A stretch of 64,000 nucleotides of DNA from an uncultured Sterolibacteriaceae bacterium (GCA_937888595.1 CALARK010000007.1:23995-87994), one strand, 5' to 3'. Shown: positions 29,899 to 39,645, numbered from the stretch's first letter. A program made the numbers and translations. Notes: generated by a model not told the origin, from the sequence alone.

Positions 29899-30798
29899 GT
29901 GAGCGCCGGTCGCGATCACAGCGTCGGCCTGCTGCTGGCGGTCGTCGCCGCCTTCGGCTTCTCGTTCAAGGCGATCCTCGTCAAGCTCGCCTATCCCTAT
30001 GGCGTCGACGCGATCACCTTGCTCGCCCTGCGCATGGCCTTCGCCCTGCCGGTCTTCCTCTGGGTTGGCATCGCCGTCTCGCGCGGTGCGCCGACATTGT
30101 CGCGGCGCGACTGGCTGGGCGTCGTCGCCATGGGGCTGGCCGGCTACTACGCCGCCAGCGTGTTCGACTTCCTCGGCCTGCAGTACATCTCCGCCGGCCT
30201 CGAGCGCCTGATCCTGTTCACCTACCCGACGCTGACGCTGGTCTTCGGCATGGCGCTGTCGCGCCGCATGGCCAGCGGACGGGAAATCGCCGCACTCGCA
30301 TTGTGCTACGCCGGCATCGGTGCCGCCTTCTGGCACGACCTCGAGTTCGCGGCCGATGCCTCGGCCATCTGGCTCGGCAGCGGCCTCGTCTTCGGCTCGG
30401 CCCTGTGCTACGCCATCTACCTCACCGGCAGCGGCAGGCTGATCGCGCGGCTCGGCACCTCGCGCTTCGCGGCGCTCGCCACGCTCGTTTCTTCAGCAGC
30501 GGTGCTCGGCCACTTCTTCGCCACACAGCCGGTGGCGGCGCTCGTCCAGCCCTGGCCGGTCTATGGCTACGCCCTGGCGATGGGGCTGTTCTCGACCGCG
30601 ATGCCGGTCTTCGCCCAGTCGGCGGCGATCCGCCGCCTCGGTAGCGCTCGCGTCGCACTGGTCAGCATGCTCGGCCCGCTGGCCACCATCGGCTTCGCCG
30701 GCTGGCTGCTCGACGAACCGCTGTCGCTGGCGCAACTCTTGGGGGCCGGGCTGGTCATCGCCGGCGTCGCCCTGGTGAGCCGGCGCAGTGCGGCCTGA
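29899..30798 (+). CDS. EamA/DMT superfamily transporter
   Basis: GTG start at 29899, in the frame of track ORF 29080..30798. 10-TM EamA pattern (LLAVVAAFGFSFKAILVKLAY...). Confidence 0.7.
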   Translation: MSAGRDHSVGLLLAVVAAFGFSFKAILVKLAYPYGVDAITLLALRMAFALPVFLWVGIAVSRGAPTLSRRDWLGVVAMGLAGYYAASVFDFLGLQYISAGLERLILFTYPTLTLVFGMALSRRMASGREIAALALCYAGIGAAFWHDLEFAADASAIWLGSGLVFGSALCYAIYLTGSGRLIARLGTSRFAALATLVSSAAVLGHFFATQPVAALVQPWPVYGYALAMGLFSTAMPVFAQSAAIRRLGSARVALVSMLGPLATIGFAGWLLDEPLSLAQLLGAGLVIAGVALVSRRSAA

Positions 30799-30872
30799 CA
30801 TTACCCGCCCCGGGGATTGCCAGTCCAGCCGGGGCATGCCATGATCGCCCCCTTGCGCTGCCTGATCAGACA

Positions 30873-32858
30873 ATGATTTCCCCCCTCACACGCCTCCTGC
30901 CGCTGCCCCTCCTGATGCTTCTGCTCGGAAGCGGCAGCGGCATGGCGGCCGATATCTCGGAAAAGGACTACTTCACCGAACTACCCGAAGTGCTGACAGT
31001 AACGCGCCTTGCGCAGCCACTCAGCGAAACGCCCGGCGCAGTGACCATCATCGACCGCGAGACGATCCGGCGCTCGGGGGCTCGTGAACTGGTAGATGTG
31101 CTGCGGCTGGTGCCGGGGTACATGGTGGGGGGGTGGTCGGGCGCCAATCCCGCAGCTGCGTACCACGTACCGCTGGATGACTACGGTACCCGAAACCTGG
31201 TCATGGTCGATGGACGCTCCGTCTACTCGTCCTTCCTGATGGGAGATACCCATCGCGGCATGATGATGGTTCCCCTCGAAGACATCGAGCGCATCGAGGT
31301 GCTCCGCGGTTCGAACTCCGCGGCCTATGGCGCCAATGCGATGTTCGGGGTGATCAACATCGTCACGCGTCACAGCGTGGATAGCCACGGGATGGAACTG
31401 GCAGTCACAGGTGGGGAAGGGGGCATCTGGGACAATCGTGCCCGCATCGGCTGGGGCGATGCTGCCGCCAGCTTTCGGATTTCCGCAGAGCGCCGGCATG
31501 ACAGCGGCTATGCGCAGGCTTACGACGACAAGACAGTCAGCCAGTTGCACTTCCGCGCCGACTTGCGGCCTGCCGCAGATCAGGAAATCTTCCTCGCTGC
31601 CGGGGTGGCTGAGCAGTCTGCCGGGGATGGATTTCCCGGCGCATTCAACAATGGAAATCCGCAACGTAATACTGGCTGGCATGACTACTATCTGCAGGGG
31701 GCCTGGCAACGGCAGTTATCCCCTACCGAGCAGATCAAACTGTCTGCCAGTTACGATGAGGAGTCGATTCGGGACAACTATCCCTATCAACTCTCGCTGG
31801 CGCCGCCGGTCGTATTGCAAACCGTGTTGATCGACTTTGGCGGACGTGCGCGCCGGCTCAATCTCGAGTTTCAGCACCAGCGGGCCCTGAACGACGAATG
31901 GCGTGGCGTGTGGGGCGCGGGCTACAAATACGAAGAGGCAGTGTCGCCGCCGCTTTATTACACCCGTGACCCGGTATCGCTGAACGAGAAGCGCCTGTTC
32001 GGTTCGCTCGAGTGGCGACCGAATTCACGCTGGCTTTTCAATGCCAGTGCGTTCTGGGGGGATCACAGCCGCAAGGGAAGCTATTTCATGCCCCGGCTCA
32101 TGGCCAATTTCCATGTCTTGCCGGAGCATACCCTGAGGGCGGGGGTGACCAGATCGTCGCGCATGCCCAACCTTTATGAACTGGCTTCTGACAGGCGCTA
32201 CGACACGGTGCTTGGGCAGTTGCGCTATGACACAGCTACCGGGCAGGTGGATCCGGAAACGCTGGAAACCGAAGAACTGGGCTACTTTGGGGAGTTCCGT
32301 GCGGCACGCATGACGCTCGATGTGCGCGCCTACCGCGAGCGGATGTATGGCGTGATCGATACCCGATGCATCGTCTGGGGGTGTGGCGGGCTGGGTGTCG
32401 ACTACGTGAATTACCGGGACCTGGAAACGCGCGGCGTCGAGTTCCAGTTGAGATGGAAACCCTTTGCGGGCACCGAAGTCTGGCTCAATCATAACGATCA
32501 GCGTTTCGACTGGACCCGGGACCGCTATAACCCGGGCTTTGTCCACCGCCAGCATGTGCCGCCACGGCGCAATTCGACATTGGCGCTGTTCCAGAAGCTG
32601 CCCGGCAATATCGATCTTTCGCTTATCTATTCCACCACCACCGAGATGACGTGGCGTGACCTGGAAAGAAGCCTGCGCCCCATCGGTCGCACCGATCTTC
32701 GCATCGCCTACCCGTTCAGGATGGGGTCGACACGCGCGGAAGCATCCTTGACTGTTCAGGCTTTGGGAGGGGGCTATGTGGCGTCCTACCCAAGGACGAA
32801 CTTCCCCTCCTTGTCCTTCGAGCGCCGTGCTTTCGGCACCCTCAGGCTGGAATTCTGA
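30873..32858 (+). CDS. TonB-dependent outer-membrane receptor (paralog 1)
   Basis: 661 aa with a signal peptide, plug domain (PGAVTIIDRETIRRSGARELVDVLRLVPG, VLRGSNSAAYGANAMFGVINIVT) and a barrel ending LRLEF. Confidence 0.9.
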   Translation: MISPLTRLLPLPLLMLLLGSGSGMAADISEKDYFTELPEVLTVTRLAQPLSETPGAVTIIDRETIRRSGARELVDVLRLVPGYMVGGWSGANPAAAYHVPLDDYGTRNLVMVDGRSVYSSFLMGDTHRGMMMVPLEDIERIEVLRGSNSAAYGANAMFGVINIVTRHSVDSHGMELAVTGGEGGIWDNRARIGWGDAAASFRISAERRHDSGYAQAYDDKTVSQLHFRADLRPAADQEIFLAAGVAEQSAGDGFPGAFNNGNPQRNTGWHDYYLQGAWQRQLSPTEQIKLSASYDEESIRDNYPYQLSLAPPVVLQTVLIDFGGRARRLNLEFQHQRALNDEWRGVWGAGYKYEEAVSPPLYYTRDPVSLNEKRLFGSLEWRPNSRWLFNASAFWGDHSRKGSYFMPRLMANFHVLPEHTLRAGVTRSSRMPNLYELASDRRYDTVLGQLRYDTATGQVDPETLETEELGYFGEFRAARMTLDVRAYRERMYGVIDTRCIVWGCGGLGVDYVNYRDLETRGVEFQLRWKPFAGTEVWLNHNDQRFDWTRDRYNPGFVHRQHVPPRRNSTLALFQKLPGNIDLSLIYSTTTEMTWRDLERSLRPIGRTDLRIAYPFRMGSTRAEASLTVQALGGGYVASYPRTNFPSLSFERRAFGTLRLEF

Positions 32859-33805
32859 TGCCAAGGTACCTACGCATAGCCGTCGCCGCAGCTTGCCTGC
32901 TGTGTATGACTTTGGTATATGCGCAGGGCAGCCAGCCGCGTATCTGGGTGGCGCTGTCGGAGGAGGGGGGGGCGTATGCCGAAAGTGCGGCGGTGCTGCG
33001 CGCCGAGCTGGCGGATCGCACCAATCTGGTCGTTGGGAAGTGGCCGTCATTCTTTGTCGACCGATGGGCACCCCCCGATCTCCTGATCACCGTCGGCATG
33101 GCGGCGTTCGAAGGCGTGTTGCGCGACCTGGACAGCCGTGGCCCGGAGTGGGCCGGCATCCCGGTGCTGGCAACCCTGCTGCCGCGTTCCGGATACGAGG
33201 CGCAACTGAAGGCAGCCCGGAAAACGGGACGACCGATATCCGCGGTGGTTCTCGATCAGCCGGCGGAACGGCAGCTTGCGCTGATTGCCCGGGCGCTGCC
33301 CGACCGACGACGGGTCGGGGTGCTGGCCGGCTCCAGGTCGCAGGCGCTGCTGACGGAACTTCAGCGGGCGGCGGCATCCCGGAAGCTCGGGCTGGAGGTG
33401 ATTGCCGGCGTGGCCGCGCCGGAAACGCTCTTCCCTGCCCTGAAAGGCGTGCTGGATACCGCCGATGTGATTCTCGCGATCCCCGATTCGGCTGTCTACA
33501 ACGCCGGCAGCTTGCAGAACATCCTGCTGACGACCTATCGGGCGCGGGTGCCGCTGGTGGCCTTCTCGCCGGCCTATGTCAAGGCGGGAGCGATACTCGC
33601 CGTGTATTCGACGCCTGCGCAGGTGGCACGGCATGCGGCTGGCATCGTGCGTGACTGGCAGGCGGGGGGCGTCCTGCCCGCGTTGCAGATGCCGGCGGAG
33701 TTCGCCGTCGTGGCCAATCCCAAGGTGGCCGCTTCGCTGGGGATCGGACTGGATGACGCAGTCGAAATTGCCGAGGATATGAGGAAGGGAGCGGCCGGCA
33801 GATGA
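32858..33805 (+). CDS. Periplasmic ABC_sub_bind-type substrate-binding protein, orphan (paralog 1)
   Basis: 315 aa with a signal peptide and a conserved block LQNILLTTYRARVPLVAFSPAYVKAGAILAVYSTPAQVA. Its start overlaps the receptor stop by 1 nt. Confidence 0.7.
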   Translation: MPRYLRIAVAAACLLCMTLVYAQGSQPRIWVALSEEGGAYAESAAVLRAELADRTNLVVGKWPSFFVDRWAPPDLLITVGMAAFEGVLRDLDSRGPEWAGIPVLATLLPRSGYEAQLKAARKTGRPISAVVLDQPAERQLALIARALPDRRRVGVLAGSRSQALLTELQRAAASRKLGLEVIAGVAAPETLFPALKGVLDTADVILAIPDSAVYNAGSLQNILLTTYRARVPLVAFSPAYVKAGAILAVYSTPAQVARHAAGIVRDWQAGGVLPALQMPAEFAVVANPKVAASLGIGLDDAVEIAEDMRKGAAGR

Positions 33806-33845
33806 TCCATTGCGGCCAGGGTTGGAGTAGAGGCTGGGAGGGGGC

Positions 33846-35849
33846 GTGAAGGTCGTTCAACGAAGTCTGCTGGTCGTGGCGCTGCTCGCCTGCGCGACGC
33901 ACGCACAGTCGGAAGACGAGGTGATGCAGCAGATCCGGGAGATGAGTCTCGAAGAACTGATGACGACCACCGTCACGATTTCGACGAGTACGAAGCAGAC
34001 GCTCTCGAAGGCGCCTGCGGTGGTTTCCGTTCTCACGGCCGAAGCTATCCGTGCGACGGGTACGACCAACCTCATGGAGATCCTGCAGGGGGTGCCCGGC
34101 ATCTACGTCAAGACCAACCTGTTCGGCTTCAAGCCGCTGATCAGCTTTCGCGGCGCTTCGGGGACCAACGTGCTGCTGATGATCAATGGCGCGCCGGCCA
34201 AAGATCTGGTCTGGTCGCCGGGCATTTTCTGGAAAGGCGTTCCCGCCAACATGATCGAGCGCATCGAGATCATCCGCGGACCGGGTTCGGCGCTCTACGG
34301 GTCCGATGCGTCCGCCGGCGTCATCAACGTCATCACCAAAACCGCCGGCAGCATCGATTATGCCGAGGCCGGTCTGCGTGTCGGCAGCTTCGATACAGGT
34401 GCCGCCTGGTTGCAACATGGCATGCAATGGAACGGATTCGATATCGCCCTGACGGCCGATCTGTCCACGACCGATGGTCACAATCCCTTTATCCGGAGGG
34501 CGTTCGGCAACACCAGCGGTCGGGCTGACTACGGTTATGAAAGCCAGGATTGGCATCTGTCGGTTGCGCGGGGGAACTGGCGCATGCTGCTCGATCATTA
34601 CCGCCACGACGATGTCGCCATCGGCCTCACCGGTGGCGCGGTGCTGGATCCCCAAACCCGTGCAAACGACAGCCTCAGCAGCTTGGCCCTGCTCTATGCT
34701 GCTCCGGAATTCGCCGACCACTGGGCGCTGAATGGCGAATTCCGCTACCGCGACATGGAATACACCTCGGGCAACGGCTACTTCGAGGGGATTCCCGCCT
34801 ATGCCAACCTCAAGCAGGAAAGCTCAGCGGAGCGCCGCTGGAATTTCGAAGTCAGCGCCTTGTACTCGGGTATCCGCGATCACTCGCTGCGTGTCGGGGG
34901 GGGCTACGTTGAGCATGATCTGTATGCTTTTACACAGGTCCTCGATGGCGTGTCGAAGGTGATCGATAACGGGGATACCTACACTTTTCTACCTACCGCC
35001 GTGGTACCTGCCACCTCGGTCGCCCCCCACAGGCGCAAGAACCGCTACTTCTTTGTCCAGGATATCTGGAGCTTTGCTCCGGACTGGGAGCTGACCGCAG
35101 GCGTGCGCTACGACCATTACTCGGATTTCGGTCGCACGCTCAATCCGCGGCTGGCACTGGTCTGGCAGACAACGGACCGCTTCACGACGAAGCTGATGTA
35201 TGGCCAGGCATTTCGCGCACCCTCCTATCTGGAGCGCTACGTCACGACCGCCGCCAACCCGCCCAATCCGTCGCTACGCCCGGAAAAATCGAAAACCCTC
35301 GAGTTGTCGTTCGCCTGGCGGGCCACGCGGGATCTCAGACTGGGCACCAACTTCTATCGTTTCGATCGCCGAGAAGTCATCGCGCCGAGTCCGCCGGTCA
35401 GCGGCCAGTTTTCCAACCACGATCGCTTCGTCACAAGCGGCATCGAATTCGAGGCGCAGTGGCAGGCGCTGAGCAACCTGCGGCTTGCGGGCAACCTGTC
35501 GCACATGAAGAACGAGGACGTGACTTCGCCGTTGCGCGATGTCGCGCTGCCCCGAACGCAGGCCTATGTGCGTGTCGACTGGGCATTCCAGCCGAAATGG
35601 AACTGGAATCTGCAGATGAACTGGTTCGGATCCCGACCGCTGCCTGCGGGCGATTTGCGGTCACCCCAGGGCGCCTATGCGCTGGTTGATACCACCATCC
35701 GCTATTACCATGGCAGCGATTGGGAGTTCGCCGCATCGATACGCAACCTCCTTGACGAGGATGCTGCCGAGTATTCAAGCACGCGGCTCTGGTACAACCT
35801 GCCCCTGCCTGGCCGCAGCGCTTTCGTCGAAGCGCGCTACAAGTTCTAG
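33846..35849 (+). CDS. TonB-dependent outer-membrane receptor (paralog 2)
   Basis: 667 aa with a GTG start. Plug domain (APAVVSVLTAEAIRATGTTNLMEILQGVPG, IIRGPGSALYGSDASAGVINVIT) and a barrel ending ARYKF. Confidence 0.9.
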   Translation: MKVVQRSLLVVALLACATHAQSEDEVMQQIREMSLEELMTTTVTISTSTKQTLSKAPAVVSVLTAEAIRATGTTNLMEILQGVPGIYVKTNLFGFKPLISFRGASGTNVLLMINGAPAKDLVWSPGIFWKGVPANMIERIEIIRGPGSALYGSDASAGVINVITKTAGSIDYAEAGLRVGSFDTGAAWLQHGMQWNGFDIALTADLSTTDGHNPFIRRAFGNTSGRADYGYESQDWHLSVARGNWRMLLDHYRHDDVAIGLTGGAVLDPQTRANDSLSSLALLYAAPEFADHWALNGEFRYRDMEYTSGNGYFEGIPAYANLKQESSAERRWNFEVSALYSGIRDHSLRVGGGYVEHDLYAFTQVLDGVSKVIDNGDTYTFLPTAVVPATSVAPHRRKNRYFFVQDIWSFAPDWELTAGVRYDHYSDFGRTLNPRLALVWQTTDRFTTKLMYGQAFRAPSYLERYVTTAANPPNPSLRPEKSKTLELSFAWRATRDLRLGTNFYRFDRREVIAPSPPVSGQFSNHDRFVTSGIEFEAQWQALSNLRLAGNLSHMKNEDVTSPLRDVALPRTQAYVRVDWAFQPKWNWNLQMNWFGSRPLPAGDLRSPQGAYALVDTTIRYYHGSDWEFAASIRNLLDEDAAEYSSTRLWYNLPLPGRSAFVEARYKF

Positions 35850-35858
35850 ACGTTCGAC

Positions 35859-36800
35859 ATGCCGCGCTGGATCGTCCGCGTCGTCATTGCCTGCCTGCTG
35901 GCCATCGCGCTGGCAGGGCCGGCCGCGGCGCAGTCGCAGGTCTGGGTGGCGCTGGGCGGCGAGGACGGGCCTTACGAGGAGATGGCGGCGGTATTGCGTG
36001 CGGAATGGCGGGATCGCCCGCTGCTGATCGCTCCTTGGACCGCCCTTGCGGAACGGGCGGGACCCCCGCCGGACCTCGTCGTGGCCGTCGGCGCGGCGGC
36101 CTTCGAGGGCATGCTCAAGAACCTGCAGAAGCGCGGTCCGGCCTGGGAGGCGGTGCCGCTGATGGGCACGCTCCTGCCGCAGCTCGCGTACCGGACCACG
36201 CTCGAGAGGTTGCAGCCCGTGCGTCGCCCCGTATCCGCGGTCGTCCTCGACCAGCCGTTTCAGCGCCAACTGGACCTGATCCGGGATGCCCTGCCGTCGC
36301 GTCCGCGCGTCGCCGTGCTGGCCAGCCCGCAGACCCGCCCGTTGCTGAAAGCCCTGGAGCGCGAAGCGCAGGGGCGCGGCATGCAATTGATTGCCGCCCG
36401 GGAGATTGACCGGGCAGAGGATATCTTTCCCGCGCTCAGGCAGGCCCTGGAGCAGGCGGATGTCCTCCTCGCCCTCCCCGATACGCTGATTTACAACGGC
36501 AGCAGCCTGCAGAACATCCTGCTGACGACCTATCGGGCCCGCGTGCCGGTGGTGACGTTCTCGCCGGCCTATGTCAAGGCGGGCGCATTGCTGGCCGTCT
36601 ATTCCACACCGGCACAGGTGGCCCGGCAGGTGGTCAGGAAACTCGCTCAATGGCGGCCCGGCCAGCCGTTGCCCGAACCGTCATCTCCCGGCGAGTTCGC
36701 CGTCGTCGCCAATCCGCGGGTGGCGTCATCCCTCGGCATCGGCCTCGATGATGCCGTGCAGATCGCCGGGGATCTGCGTGCCGCCGAGGGGAGGCGCTGA
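35859..36800 (+). CDS. Periplasmic ABC_sub_bind-type substrate-binding protein, orphan (paralog 2)
   Basis: 313 aa, clearly paralogous to 32858..33805 (LQNILLTTYRARVPVVTFSPAYVKAGALLAVYSTPAQVA). Confidence 0.7.
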   Translation: MPRWIVRVVIACLLAIALAGPAAAQSQVWVALGGEDGPYEEMAAVLRAEWRDRPLLIAPWTALAERAGPPPDLVVAVGAAAFEGMLKNLQKRGPAWEAVPLMGTLLPQLAYRTTLERLQPVRRPVSAVVLDQPFQRQLDLIRDALPSRPRVAVLASPQTRPLLKALEREAQGRGMQLIAAREIDRAEDIFPALRQALEQADVLLALPDTLIYNGSSLQNILLTTYRARVPVVTFSPAYVKAGALLAVYSTPAQVARQVVRKLAQWRPGQPLPEPSSPGEFAVVANPRVASSLGIGLDDAVQIAGDLRAAEGRR

Positions 36801-36802
36801 CC

Positions 36803-37945
36803 ATGGTCCGTCTCGGCTTCCGTGGTCGTCTGCTGCTCGGTGCGGTGTTGCCGGCGCTGATGATGGTGCTGGTGCTGGAAACGGTCTTTCTCGATCGCTA
36901 CCGGGCGGATATCGAGCGCTCCTTCCTCGAGCGCGGCAAGGCGATTGCGCACCAGCTGGGTGTGGCAGCCGAATATGCGCTCTTCAGCGGCAGCTTCGAT
37001 TCGCTCGACCTGCTGGCCACGGGGGTGCGCGAGAGCGATAGCGACATCGTGTCGATCAACATCCTCGACCGCAGCGGCCGGCGCCTGGCGGGCGACGGGC
37101 TCTGGCCGCGCCACCGGCTGTCGCTGGAGGATCGCCTGGTCGTGGTCAGCGATGAAGCGCATGTCACCATCCAGGCGCCGATACGCCAGACCGCGCTGCC
37201 GCTGGAAAACGAGTTGTGGTCGGGCAACGGCAGCACGGCAGCGAAGCAGCCGGTCACCGGTTATGTCGTCGTCGAGATTTCGCGCGACCAGATCAACGAG
37301 CGCAATGCCGAAATGCTGCGCATCACGCTGGCGATCGTCCTGGCCGGTCTGCTGCTGGCCAGCTGGGTGTCGGCGCGCATTGCCGGCGACGTGCTGCGCA
37401 AGCTCGAGACCGCCAGTCGCGAGCTGACGCGCCAGAAGGAGGCGGCCGAGGCGCTGGCGCGTACCGATGTCCTGACGGGCCTGGCCAACCGCCGTGCGTT
37501 CGACGAGGCGGCGCAGCGTGAAATCCGGCGCGCCGTGCGCTACGGCGAGCCGCTGGCCCTGATCATGACGGATATCGACCGCTTCAAGGCCATCAACGAT
37601 ACGCACGGCCACCATGCCGGCGATCAGGTGCTGGTGAGCTTCGCCCATACCCTGCGCGCCGCGGTGCGGGAGGTGGACCTCGTCGGCCGCTGGGGCGGCG
37701 AGGAGTTCGTCATCCTGATGCCGGGAACGGATATCGAAGAGGCGCAGCAGGTGGCGGAACGCATGCGGCAGGCAGTCGCGGCCGCACCGGCACACTACGA
37801 AGACGTGGACTGCAGTTACACCGCCAGTTTCGGCGTGGCGGTTTTCAGGTCCGACATGCCATCGCTCGATGCCCTGCTGGGCACCGCCGACCAGGCGCTC
37901 TATCGCGCCAAGGAAAACGGCCGCAACCGCGTCGAGACAGGCTAG
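36803..37945 (+). CDS. Membrane-bound diguanylate cyclase (2 TM, periplasmic loop, GGDEF)
   Basis: 380 aa. TM helices near aa 10-30 and 175-195 with about 145 aa between them. GGDEF domain with an RWGGEEF active site. Starts 2 nt after the binding-protein stop. Confidence 0.9.
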   Translation: MVRLGFRGRLLLGAVLPALMMVLVLETVFLDRYRADIERSFLERGKAIAHQLGVAAEYALFSGSFDSLDLLATGVRESDSDIVSINILDRSGRRLAGDGLWPRHRLSLEDRLVVVSDEAHVTIQAPIRQTALPLENELWSGNGSTAAKQPVTGYVVVEISRDQINERNAEMLRITLAIVLAGLLLASWVSARIAGDVLRKLETASRELTRQKEAAEALARTDVLTGLANRRAFDEAAQREIRRAVRYGEPLALIMTDIDRFKAINDTHGHHAGDQVLVSFAHTLRAAVREVDLVGRWGGEEFVILMPGTDIEEAQQVAERMRQAVAAAPAHYEDVDCSYTASFGVAVFRSDMPSLDALLGTADQALYRAKENGRNRVETG

Positions 37946-38784
37946 CCGGGGAGGTCCGCGCCGAGCCGGCGCAGGATCTCGAGCGACAGCGCCGACTGGT
38001 TCAGGGTATAGAAATGCAGGCCGGGTGCGCCGAGCTCGACGAGCCGGGCGCACAGTTCGGTGACGACGTCGAGGCCGAAGGCGCGGATCGAGTCGGCATC
38101 GTCGCCGAAGCTCTCGAACTTCCTGCGCATCCAGCGCGGAATCTCGGCACCGCTGCTGTCGGCGAAGCGCGCCAGCTTGCTGAAGCCGCCGATCGGCATG
38201 ATGCCCGGCACGATCGGGATCGTCACGCCGAGCGCGCGTGCCTCGGCGACAAAATGAGCGTAAGCGTCAGCGTTGTAGAAGAACTGCGTGATCGCCGAGT
38301 CCGCGCCGGCATCGACCTTGCGCTTGAAGTTCCGCAGATCCTCGCGCGGGTTGCGCGCCTGCGGATGCCATTCCGGATAGGCGGCAACCTCGATGCGGAA
38401 GGTGTCACCCGTCTCGGCGCGGATGAATTCGACGAGTTCGTTGGCGTAGCGGAATTCGCCGGCATCGGCCATGCCCGAGGGCAGGTCGCCTCTTAAGGCA
38501 ACGATGCGGCGGATGCCGTGGTCGCGGTAGTCGTGCAGGATCTTGCGGATGCCTTCGCGCGTCGAGCCGATGCAGGACAGGTGCGGCGCGGCAACGTGGC
38601 CCTCGGCGGCGATCTCCATGACGATGTCGAAGGTGCGCTCGCGCGTCGAGCCGCCGGCGCCGTAGGTGACGGAGAAGAAGGTCGGCTCGGCGGTGGCGAG
38701 CTTGCGGCGTACCTCGCGCAGCTTGGTCATACCCTCCGCCGTTTGCGGCGGGAAGAATTCGAAAGAGATTTCAGGCAGGTTCAT
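37942..38784 (-). CDS. metF: 5,10-methylenetetrahydrofolate reductase MetF
   Basis: MNLPEISFEFFPPQTAEGMTKL...TYGAGGSTRERT. An alternative start at 38793 is possible. Overlaps the tlyA 3' end. Confidence 0.9.
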   Translation of the reverse strand: MNLPEISFEFFPPQTAEGMTKLREVRRKLATAEPTFFSVTYGAGGSTRERTFDIVMEIAAEGHVAAPHLSCIGSTREGIRKILHDYRDHGIRRIVALRGDLPSGMADAGEFRYANELVEFIRAETGDTFRIEVAAYPEWHPQARNPREDLRNFKRKVDAGADSAITQFFYNADAYAHFVAEARALGVTIPIVPGIMPIGGFSKLARFADSSGAEIPRWMRRKFESFGDDADSIRAFGLDVVTELCARLVELGAPGLHFYTLNQSALSLEILRRLGADLPG

Positions 38785-39622
38785 GGCGGGCATGGAGGAA
38801 GAATTCGTGGTTGCCGTCGGTGCCGGTGATCGGGCTGTCGAACCAGCCGGCGACGACGAGATGGTGTTGCGTGCAACAGGCCGCGAGCTTGTCGCGAACC
38901 ATGGGATACAAGCGCGTGTCGGTGACGATGCCGCCCTTGCCCACATGTTCCGGGCCGACCTCGAATTGGGGCTTGACGAGCAGCAGCAGGTCGCCGAGGC
39001 GGGTCAGCAGCGGCGGCAGTTGCGGCAGGATCAGCGTCAGCGAGATGAAGCTCGTGTCGGCGACGATCAGGTCGAACTGCCGTCCCGCCAGCACCGACTT
39101 TTGCAGGTTGCGCGCGTTGAGGCCCTCGTGCGGCTCGACGCGTGGATCGGCCGCGATGGCGGGATGCAGCTGGCCATGGCCGACGTCGATGCCGACCACT
39201 TTCGCCGCACCGTGCTGCAGCAGGCAATCGGTGAATCCACCGGTGCTCTGGCCGATGTCCAGGCAGTCGCGACCGCGAGGGTCGATGCCGGCATGCGCGA
39301 GTGCGCCGGCCAGCTTGAGCCCGCCGCGCGAGACGTACTCGGCGGACTGCGACGGCTCGACGCGCAAGTCGGCATCGGCCGGCAGGAGGTGGGACGGCTT
39401 GTCGATCGCCGTCCTGTCGGCGCCGACTTTTACGCGGCCGGCGTCGATCAGCCGCTGGGCCGCGGTGCGCGAGGGCGCGAGGCCGCGCTGGACGAGCAGC
39501 GCGTCCGCGCGCACGCCGCCGGCGTGGGCGGACGGCTTGCCGCCATACACCTGCGCCGCGGCGCGCACGGCCACCTTCGATTTCGGGCGGGCCGTGCGGG
39601 CATGAAACGAGTTCATGCTCAT
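38771..39622 (-). CDS. tlyA: TlyA family rRNA 2'-O-methyltransferase
   Basis: Start at MSMNSFHART (ATG 39622). S4 domain (RADALLVQRGLAPSRTAAQRLIDAGRV) and FtsJ-like SAM motif CLDIGQSTGGFTDCLL. One near-consensus repeat copy. Confidence 0.85.
   Translation of the reverse strand: MSMNSFHARTARPKSKVAVRAAAQVYGGKPSAHAGGVRADALLVQRGLAPSRTAAQRLIDAGRVKVGADRTAIDKPSHLLPADADLRVEPSQSAEYVSRGGLKLAGALAHAGIDPRGRDCLDIGQSTGGFTDCLLQHGAAKVVGIDVGHGQLHPAIAADPRVEPHEGLNARNLQKSVLAGRQFDLIVADTSFISLTLILPQLPPLLTRLGDLLLLVKPQFEVGPEHVGKGGIVTDTRLYPMVRDKLAACCTQHHLVVAGWFDSPITGTDGNHEFFLHARHEPA
39408..39431 (-). repeat. 24-nt repeat copy i (inside tlyA S4 domain)
   Basis: Reverse complement AAAAGTCGGCGCCGACAGGACGGC, 2 mismatches. 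Read as KVGADRTA. Confidence 0.7.
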
Positions 39623-39645
39623 GGGACTAACGACTTGGTAACGGC

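Noticed and set aside
39367-39399. A possible second, interrupted repeat copy (AAGTCGGCATCGGCCGGCAGGAGGTGGGACGGC) facing copy i inside tlyA.
   Set aside because: It shares only the two terminal 8-mers and is 9 nt longer than the consensus. It encodes the expected TlyA segment KPSHLLPADADL, so it is probably chance similarity in GC-rich coding DNA.
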